From Cyanobacteria bacterium J06626_4 (GTDB lineage Bacteria > Cyanobacteriota > Cyanobacteriia > Phormidesmidales > Phormidesmidaceae): a stretch of DNA of 64,000 nucleotides. A program made the translations under genes and the position numbers. Location of the stretch: NCBI GenBank assembly GCA_038523235.1, contig JBCBJQ010000016.1, positions 1 through 64,000 on the forward strand. Reading direction: 5' to 3'. Below are positions 57,553 through 64,000 of this stretch, in pieces. The notes under the pieces were generated by a model that had not been told where the DNA came from, did not search any database, and was given only the letters and a program-made list of their open reading frames with translations. The number at the start of each line of letters is the position of its first letter. Position 1 is the stretch's first letter.

Positions 57553-58397
57553 TTTTTTACTCCTCAATCAATTGCGCCCTTCATCTTATCAATATTTTTT
57601 GAAGGCCCGATATCCGTATATTCACTGTCAGTGAGCATTTACACTAGCCGTGTCCTTTTCAAGCAGTGCTTGCTGGCCTACGACAATTGGGCTCTTGGGT
57701 TCGTGCGCATTGAGAAAAGTTGACTCCAGCGATCGCATCTAAGGCTTCAACTGGCAGCCAATGATGGAGCGACCGTTGATGACAATCGCTCTGTACTCTC
57801 GCGGATGAAAAAGAAATACTGGGCACATTGGCGCTGGCCCAACCGTCTTTGTCATGTAAGGCGATCGCCGGCCCCCACATCAACGCTATTGAGGCTGAAC
57901 CATGGTCGAACTCATCCGGCAGCGCAGCCCAACCCCAATCAAATAGCCATCAGACCCAGACTTAATCTTTATTTCACAAATTAACTCAACAACATAAGCT
58001 GATTAAGTATTTTTGTCGAGACCATTGGTTGCATTTATGACTCAACATATAAAATCTACTTCGAATCTTTAAACTGATTTTCAGTTTAAAAAGATTTCAT
58101 GAACTTGTCAGGACGGAGATTGGCATTTCAGGCGAAAACTCCGAATAATCACTTACATCAGGCTAGGCGAGTAGCTTGTCTTTGCGAACTGTTTTCGTAA
58201 TTCAGAGACAAGGTTGTCCAGCATATTGATCTACGAGGGTTTGGGTCTATGCCGCTAGGGATGTCTTCGCCGATGCCACCGAAGTGAATCTTTGAGCTTG
58301 GTTTTCTACCAAGCACCTTGATGGGTGGATAAAGATTTTTGGCCGATCTTTCGCGGGGCTGCTGTCAAGAAAATGCGGGTTTTTGGAGATTGAATCA

Positions 58398-58844
58398 ATG
58401 AAGCTAATGCTGGTATGCACCTCTGGCGGTCACTTTTCGACAATGCGAAGTCTTAAAAGCTTCTGGGAACTCCACGAAAGAGTGTGGGTGACTGATCGCA
58501 AGAAAGATACCGAGAGCCTCATGGGTGATGAGGAAGTCTTCTGGATGCCTTACCAGGCTCCTCGTAACGTTGTGACGCTGCTATTGAACCTACCGCGGAT
58601 TTTCTATCTGTTGCTGCAGCAGAAGCCAGACATGGTCGTCTCCACTGGGGCCAGCATCGCAATTGGTACGGCAATGCTGGCTAAATTGTTGGGCATCAAG
58701 TTTGTCTTCATCGAAAGCATTTCGCGATCGCAAGAACTCAGCCTCTCTGGCAAGATCGTCTATCGCGTATCCGATGAGTTTTACGTGCAGTGGCCAACGC
58801 TAGCCGAAAAGTATCCCAAAGCCCTATATCGGGGATACGTCTGA
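58398..58844 (+). CDS. PssD/Cps14F (Alg14-like) glycosyltransferase subunit
   Basis: LVCTSGGH, KPD.VVSTGA, VFIES.SR...LSLSGK, FYVQWP. Confidence 0.92.
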   Translation: MKLMLVCTSGGHFSTMRSLKSFWELHERVWVTDRKKDTESLMGDEEVFWMPYQAPRNVVTLLLNLPRIFYLLLQQKPDMVVSTGASIAIGTAMLAKLLGIKFVFIESISRSQELSLSGKIVYRVSDEFYVQWPTLAEKYPKALYRGYV

Positions 58845-58925
58845 AGCGGGCAGAAGCAAACTGCGTGCTTGTGAATAATTTTGTGAGTGCCGTTATAAAT
58901 AATTTCCCGAAGGATAAAAGCCTCC

Positions 58926-59525
58926 ATGATTACTGTGACTTTAGGAACGATTTCGTTTCCCTTTGACCGCGTGGTGCAATGGCTAGAGCAGCTGTTAGAC
59001 GAAAAAGTGTTAAACGAGGCGATCGTATTTCAGCATGGCGCAACCAACCCAGGCGTCGTGTCCCGACATCCTTTAGTGAGAGCCACGCCGTTCTTGGAGT
59101 TTGAACGTCTAGAGAGCCTGAGCAAACAATCTAACTTAGTCATTTCCCATGCTGGGCAAGGGTCTACTCGCGGTCTAGCAGCCAAGAAGGTACCGTTTGT
59201 CGTGATTCCTCGATTGGCCAGCTACGGCGAGCATGTGGATGATCACCAGCTCTTGTTTGCCCAAAGCGTTCGCCCCCTGGGGGTGCAGTATTGCTCTAGC
59301 TATGAGGAAATCAAGAACTCCATCCTCAACCCCCCTCCGGCTTTTCGAGGGCCGCTCTTGCAGGGGCCTCGGCTAGTCGAATACTTAATGGAGCGATACC
59401 AAGCAAGTGAGGCCGACAGCCGCCAAATCGCTCAGCGTATTGAGGCTGAGGAACTGGATCAAGCGCCTGTGGCTGAAGCTCCCAGCCGGCTAGCTGAGCA
59501 GCCATTGACCGTTTCTCAAAACTAA
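58926..59525 (+). CDS. PssE/Cps14G (Alg13-like, GT28 C-terminal) glycosyltransferase subunit
   Basis: MITVTLGT..FPFDR, VISHAGQGS, PRL..YGEHVDDHQ. Confidence 0.92.
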   Translation: MITVTLGTISFPFDRVVQWLEQLLDEKVLNEAIVFQHGATNPGVVSRHPLVRATPFLEFERLESLSKQSNLVISHAGQGSTRGLAAKKVPFVVIPRLASYGEHVDDHQLLFAQSVRPLGVQYCSSYEEIKNSILNPPPAFRGPLLQGPRLVEYLMERYQASEADSRQIAQRIEAEELDQAPVAEAPSRLAEQPLTVSQN

Positions 59526-59718
59526 GTTATCGATAGCTATCTGAAACACCCTACGGTGCCAAGAGTATGCCAAAAAATAACTTGCCGAAGACTCGATCTC
59601 TGTGGAAAATTGCCGCCGACGATTGCCCATTTCCCAGAGAGCAGATTCTTCAGGTGAGATATTTTGATTTTGGATTACTTTCAGGGCTGGCATCAGGACG
59701 GCCCCGTTGGCAGAGTTC

Positions 59719-59762
59719 AGGAATCGAGTGCTGACCTTAATGCTCAGCACTCGATTCCTTTT
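59719..59762. terminator. Long perfect hairpin (16-bp stem, 9-nt loop) between convergent genes
   Basis: AGGAATCGAGTGCTGA-CCTTAATGC-TCAGCACTCGATTCCT followed by TTT. Confidence 0.65.
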
Positions 59763-59867
59763 GACCTCAGTGATCATGTGCTTGATGACCTGGGCTTTAA
59801 GGTGTCCATAACCAAAGCCATCAGGCTGGTTACTCGGTTGAGATTCTCCGACCAGTTCTGCAGGTGA

Positions 59868-60626
59868 CTAAATTACTTGCTGCTGCATCTCGACGACTTG
59901 TTGAATTTGATTACGGCTAAACCCGGCGCGGGTGAGATAGTCCAAGTGCCCCGCCTGATAGTAACGGGCGTCTAGCTGTAGCACTTGACTGTAAGCAGCG
60001 CGCGCGGCGATCTCATCTTGATTGCTCCAGTGGGCCAGGGCCAAGGCAACCCAGGGGTGAGGATTATAGGGCTCTAACTCAGTCGCCCGGTTAGCATGAC
60101 GAATGGCCGCATCGACATCTGGCAGTCGCTGATAGGCCAAGCTGAGATTGTAGTAGGCAATTTCGTTCTCAGGGTTGAGCGTTTTGGCTTGGGTGTGGGT
60201 GGCGATCGCCGCGTCGATATCGCCATTGACCAAATAGGCAATGCCTAACGCGTTCAAGGCCGGAATGTACTCAGCATCTAGTTCTATCGCTCGATTGAGC
60301 ACTGCGATCGCCTCGTCTCGCTCGCCAGCGAGATGTTGCGTCCAACCCAGCAAGACGTAGCCCGAAACTGTCCTGGGGGCCAAGGCAACGGCAGTTTTCA
60401 AAGCGGCGATCGCGGTCGCAAAATCGTCAGCCTGGCGCGCGGTAAGTCCGGCTTGACGATACCCTTCGGCGGCTTTCAAATCTTCTAAAAAGAGTGGATA
60501 CGGGAGTGTGGTGAAGAGAGTATCCGGGATTAGAACGGACTGCAGCGGTACCAGCGGCTCGGGTGTGGCGCAACTGATCATGCTGCTACAAGCGATAAAG
60601 ACGAACGGCAGAACACCTCGATTCAT
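59868..60626 (-). CDS. TPR-repeat protein, probably an exported lipoprotein
   Basis: Signal peptide with Cys (MISC); several TPR motifs (AI.ALKTAVALAP, ALNALGIAYL, AYYNLSLAY). Confidence 0.88.
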   Translation of the reverse strand: MNRGVLPFVFIACSSMISCATPEPLVPLQSVLIPDTLFTTLPYPLFLEDLKAAEGYRQAGLTARQADDFATAIAALKTAVALAPRTVSGYVLLGWTQHLAGERDEAIAVLNRAIELDAEYIPALNALGIAYLVNGDIDAAIATHTQAKTLNPENEIAYYNLSLAYQRLPDVDAAIRHANRATELEPYNPHPWVALALAHWSNQDEIAARAAYSQVLQLDARYYQAGHLDYLTRAGFSRNQIQQVVEMQQQVI

Positions 60627-60916
60627 AGCGCTAATTCTTCTCTCAACTGTTAGCAATTAGCCTGGATTTCTTTATTTCTAACGATAAGAAGAAGTGCTCT
60701 GGCTAAAGTTGTGCCTACTTCATTGATAGTTCTTCTCAGCGTCGTTCTTTTCAAGTTTTCAGGCGTCACCTTTACCGTGAACTAAATATCACGCTTTAAA
60801 GAGGTCAAACGACTGGTCGCTGCCTGGTTTATGGGAACATGATATATTCTATGTGTTTTGTGAGATGGTCGAGTCTGTCTTCACAAGCAAGTCCGCACCT
60901 CAGAGGACGAGAGTCT

Positions 60917-61522
60917 ATGAATAGTTCTGCAGCAGGCTGTCTCCGTGTGGGCCAATCAGCCCCTGATTTCATCGCTACCGCTGTCGTTGATCAAGAGTTT
61001 AAGACGATCAAGCTCTCTGACTATCGCGGTAAATACGTAGTTCTTTTCTTTTATCCTCTAGATTTCACGTTTGTTTGTCCAACTGAAATCGCGGCTTTCA
61101 GCGATCGCTATCCTGAATTTGATGACCTCAATACAGAGATTCTAGGAATTTCTGTTGACAGCGAATTTTCTCACCTGGCGTGGATTCAAACTGAACGGAC
61201 TCAGGGGGGCGTTGGTGATTTGAACTATCCGCTCGTTTCTGATCTAAAAAAAGAAATTAGTGCTGCTTACAATGTGCTCGATCCCGATGCAGGAGTAGCA
61301 CTACGAGGGTTATTCATTATTGATAAAGAGGGCGTCATTCAACACGCAACTGTCAATAATCTCTCCTTTGGCCGCAACGTTGAAGAGACATTGCGAGTGC
61401 TGCAGGCCATTCGGCATGTCCAAACGCATCCTGATGAGGTGTGTCCGGCTGGTTGGAAACCCGGCGAAAAGACCATGAATCCTGACCCCGTGAAATCTAA
61501 GGAGTTCTTTGCCGCTGTTTAA
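60917..61522 (+). CDS. Typical 2-Cys peroxiredoxin (AhpC/Prx1)
   Basis: [14 protein letters not shown] and [10 protein letters not shown]. Confidence 0.97.
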   Translation: MNSSAAGCLRVGQSAPDFIATAVVDQEFKTIKLSDYRGKYVVLFFYPLDFTFVCPTEIAAFSDRYPEFDDLNTEILGISVDSEFSHLAWIQTERTQGGVGDLNYPLVSDLKKEISAAYNVLDPDAGVALRGLFIIDKEGVIQHATVNNLSFGRNVEETLRVLQAIRHVQTHPDEVCPAGWKPGEKTMNPDPVKSKEFFAAV

Positions 61523-61595
61523 CCGTATTGGCAGGTACCCCAAATATCACCGCGGCCAGTCTACGAGCTTAGTGATCGCCCTGACGACTCTTCCT

Positions 61596-62168
61596 ATGAC
61601 CAGTCTTTCCTCCTCTGCTGAGCTTCAATCCAAATTAGTGAATGGGCGCTTTTGGCGTCATTTTTTACCGCTCCCAGCAACCAACTGCTTAGCCTTGGGC
61701 GATCGCGCCCCCGATTTCACGTTGACTGAAGTCGCGACTCGTCAGCCCTATCGGCTGTCACAACATTGGGGCGAGCGGCCTGTGGTGTTGGCGTTTACCC
61801 GCATTTTCACAGAGCGCCATTATTGTCCCCTCTGTTTTCCCCACTTGGTGGCGCTCAGCGCCGCCGCTGAAAAGTTTCGGGCGGCTGGTAGCCAGCTAAT
61901 TTTGGTCACAAGTACTGACTTGGCACAAAGCCAAGTGGTCAAAACAGAACTAAATTTGCAAGCGCCGCTGCTCAGCGACCCACTGGGTAAAGTCTTTCGG
62001 CAGTATGGTACGGGGCAAGCTTTGGGCGCGCCACTGCCCGCTCAGTTTTTGTTGGATAAATATGGCCGGATTCGTTTCTGGCATCACTTTTCGTTTTTGG
62101 ACTACAACGCTGAGCCCCTGAAGCTGCTGTACCAACTGGCGACACTAGCAGCTGATGACTCAGGCTAG
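61596..62168 (+). CDS. AhpC/TSA (peroxiredoxin-like) thioredoxin-fold protein
   Basis: GDRAPDFTL, YCPLC (CxxC), LLSDP, PAQFLLD..G.IRF. Confidence 0.88.
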   Translation: MTSLSSSAELQSKLVNGRFWRHFLPLPATNCLALGDRAPDFTLTEVATRQPYRLSQHWGERPVVLAFTRIFTERHYCPLCFPHLVALSAAAEKFRAAGSQLILVTSTDLAQSQVVKTELNLQAPLLSDPLGKVFRQYGTGQALGAPLPAQFLLDKYGRIRFWHHFSFLDYNAEPLKLLYQLATLAADDSG

Positions 62169-62314
62169 TGCAGTTGCCGATGGTGAACCGATCGCACTAT
62201 GAGGAGTCGTAACAAACGGTAGAGAAGCCGAGCAAAATTTGGCACTATCAAAGTCAAGATGCCCCAGCATCCGACCACTGTTTTTTTGAAGTAAGCTGAG
62301 TCTCGATTACTGCC

Positions 62315-62653
62315 ATGGCAGAGCCTGTTGAACCCATCATTCTGCCGCCAGCAGAAAATCCTGAACAAGAGGGCCAGTGGCTAAATGCCTCGCTGCATCG
62401 CTGGTTAAATACCGAGTTTCCGCCCGAAGAAGTCAATACGGAGATTGCCGAGCGAGCCGCCCAAGTCTTTGTGCGACAACGCATGGAGGGCGAGAACGAT
62501 TTAGGGGCGCTCGTCTTAGCGATTCTCACAGAAATGCAGGGCTTTGACTTCTCCAAAAGTTTCTACGGCGAGTTTGCGATCGCCAATGCCGTTAGTGATC
62601 TGCTGTTAGACAGTTTGGGCATCGATCACTGTTGTGGGGCAGACGCGGGTTAA
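62315..62653 (+). CDS. Conserved hypothetical protein
   Basis: L..WL..EF.PE.VN..IA.RAAQ.FVRQRMEGENDLG, F..SFYGEFAIAN. Confidence 0.85.
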   Translation: MAEPVEPIILPPAENPEQEGQWLNASLHRWLNTEFPPEEVNTEIAERAAQVFVRQRMEGENDLGALVLAILTEMQGFDFSKSFYGEFAIANAVSDLLLDSLGIDHCCGADAG

Positions 62654-62821
62654 CGCCCTCAATTTTCCACACCGTTGCGGACAGACCAGATCAAACGGCC
62701 TCTGACAGTCCAAGATTGTCGCTCAGATAATCTTGGGTTCCCCCTCTCGGCTATGGCCAATTGTCACGGCGGCCACCTTCGCTGATAATGCGCTGTAGTC
62801 ACTCAAACAAACCAGATAATT

Positions 62822-63544
62822 ATGGTGCGCTGGCTCCAAAAACTGTTGCGAGTCGGGTTGGTGCTAATGGTGCTGCTGCTAACGGGCTGTTTGCAATATG
62901 ACCTAGAGTTGCAATTTGACAGTCAAACCCACGGGCAACTTGTGCAACAACTGCGCTGGCGGGGTGGCGCGATCGCGGCAAACGACGAGTTGCAGCAGTG
63001 GTTGGCTGTACTGAGTGAGCGCACCCAGCAGGTGGGCGGTCGCACCCGGTGGCTGAGCGACAATGCCTTTGAAATTGTGATTCCCTTTAGCAATGGTCGG
63101 GCGCTAGAGACTAAGTTCAATCAGTTTTTCAACCCCAACGACACCACCACTTTCACCCTGCCAGCAGGTGAACCGATCCGGGCGGAACTGACTCTGCAAC
63201 AGGGCAACCGGTTTGTGGCAATTGATAACCACCTCAAACTGCGAATTGATCTCACGGCAGTGCCAGACCTGGCCGCGACAGGACTACCTCTCCTGCAGAG
63301 ACAACAGCTACTGGCAGGACAGGTGACGCTGCTGGCGCCCTGGGTGCGTTGGCAAAGCCTCTCCCCCGGAGAATCGCCCGCAGGTGCATTCACTCCCCAA
63401 GAGACTTGGTCACTGGTGCCTGGCGAAGTGAATGAGCTGGAGGCCGAGTTTTGGGTACCGAGTCCCATCGGCATCGCAGCCATCATTATTCTGGTATTCG
63501 TGCTGCTGGGCTACGGCGTGAAATATGGCCTCGCCTCGCGATGA
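62822..63544 (+). CDS. DUF3153 family lipoprotein
   Basis: Lipobox LLTGC, IPFSNG..L..KFNQFF, W.L.PGE.N.LE..FWVPSPIGI, C-terminal TM helix. Confidence 0.85.
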   Translation: MVRWLQKLLRVGLVLMVLLLTGCLQYDLELQFDSQTHGQLVQQLRWRGGAIAANDELQQWLAVLSERTQQVGGRTRWLSDNAFEIVIPFSNGRALETKFNQFFNPNDTTTFTLPAGEPIRAELTLQQGNRFVAIDNHLKLRIDLTAVPDLAATGLPLLQRQQLLAGQVTLLAPWVRWQSLSPGESPAGAFTPQETWSLVPGEVNELEAEFWVPSPIGIAAIIILVFVLLGYGVKYGLASR

Positions 63545-63715
63545 TCCTCATTTTCCAGAAATTTGACAGCTGCCATTTCCCCAGCCCTTCAGCACCCTTA
63601 TTCTCTAGGCTCACCCGCCTGCGCTCTAGCTTGCCATTTTGCCCTGTCCCACTCTTCTCCTTCAGACTTCCTATACTCTTACTACAGCTGTTCACCAAGA
63701 TTCAGAGGTTGGTTT

Positions 63716-64000
63716 ATGCGATTGCTACACACGATGCTGCGAGTCGGTGATTTGGAAGCGTCTAAGAAGTTTTACTGCGACATCCTCGGCATGCAGCTAT
63801 TGCGCCAAAAAGACTATCCCGGCGGCAAGTTTACCCTGGCATTTGTGGGCTATGGCCATGAGTCTGACCACAGCGTGCTAGAACTCACCTACAACTGGGA
63901 GACCAACAACTATGACCTGGGCGACGGCTATGGTCATATTGCTTTGGGCGTGGATGATATCTACGGCACTTGTGAAGCCATCAAAGCTCAAGGGGGCAAC
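63716..64000 (+). CDS. gloA: Lactoylglutathione lyase (glyoxalase I), runs off the window edge
   Basis: Manual translation: MRLLHTMLRVGDLEASKKFYCDILGM...FTLAFVGYG...LELTYNW....YDLGDGYGHIALGVDD. Not in the ORF track. Confidence 0.97.
   Translation, partial: MRLLHTMLRVGDLEASKKFYCDILGMQLLRQKDYPGGKFTLAFVGYGHESDHSVLELTYNWETNNYDLGDGYGHIALGVDDIYGTCEAIKAQGGN

Larger units (their letters stand above)
369..62977. repeat. Dispersed HIP1 palindrome GCGATCGC
   Basis: Dozens of copies across the window (for example 369-376 and 1814-1821), where about one is expected by chance. Confidence 0.95.

Noticed and set aside
57523..57883. ORFs and possible island junction after tRNA-Gly
   Set aside because: The ORFs overlap the tRNA or lack motifs; no integrase and no duplicated tRNA 3' end seen.
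59726..59752. Functional CIRCE operator
   Set aside because: Half-sites are in the wrong order and lie between convergent gene ends, not at a promoter.
1..64000. CRISPR arrays, IS elements, rRNA, known riboswitches, defence genes; many antisense ORFs of 60-190 aa
   Set aside because: No repeat-spacer periodicity, transposase motifs or known RNA consensus seen by eye. The short ORFs are shadows of real genes in GC-rich DNA.

Overview
About 64 kb of mostly core chromosome from a moderately GC-rich cyanobacterium. The assignment rests on the abundant HIP1 octamer GCGATCGC and on psbA, psbZ, rbcR/ycf30, a cruA-like cyclase and the cyanobacterial-type rpoZ. stpA points to a salt-tolerant, glucosylglycerol-making strain; a filamentous Leptolyngbya/Nodosilinea-like lineage is only an inference. 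The window holds about 55 CDSs (partial psbA and gloA at the two edges, neither in the ORF track), tRNA-Pro(GGG), tRNA-Gly(GCC), and a decayed integrase remnant with three phased 10-bp repeats beside tRNA-Pro. I see no CRISPR array, rRNA, intact IS or prophage, and no recognisable defence system. I did not find a complete novel multi-gene system. The best leads are: an orphan ORF resembling a phage capsid scaffold; a membrane-anchored pseudokinase upstream of the ABC1-kinase/PP2C operon; a Ser/Thr kinase paired with an orphan PstS-like protein; a CHASE2 receptor with no enzymatic output opposite a DUF928 gene; a ferredoxin with an RNA-polymerase-insert-like C-terminal module; an M15 peptidase with an Asp-to-Asn change at a Zn ligand; and a GGDC-type arginase-family enzyme. 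All family calls come from motif recognition by eye, not database searches.
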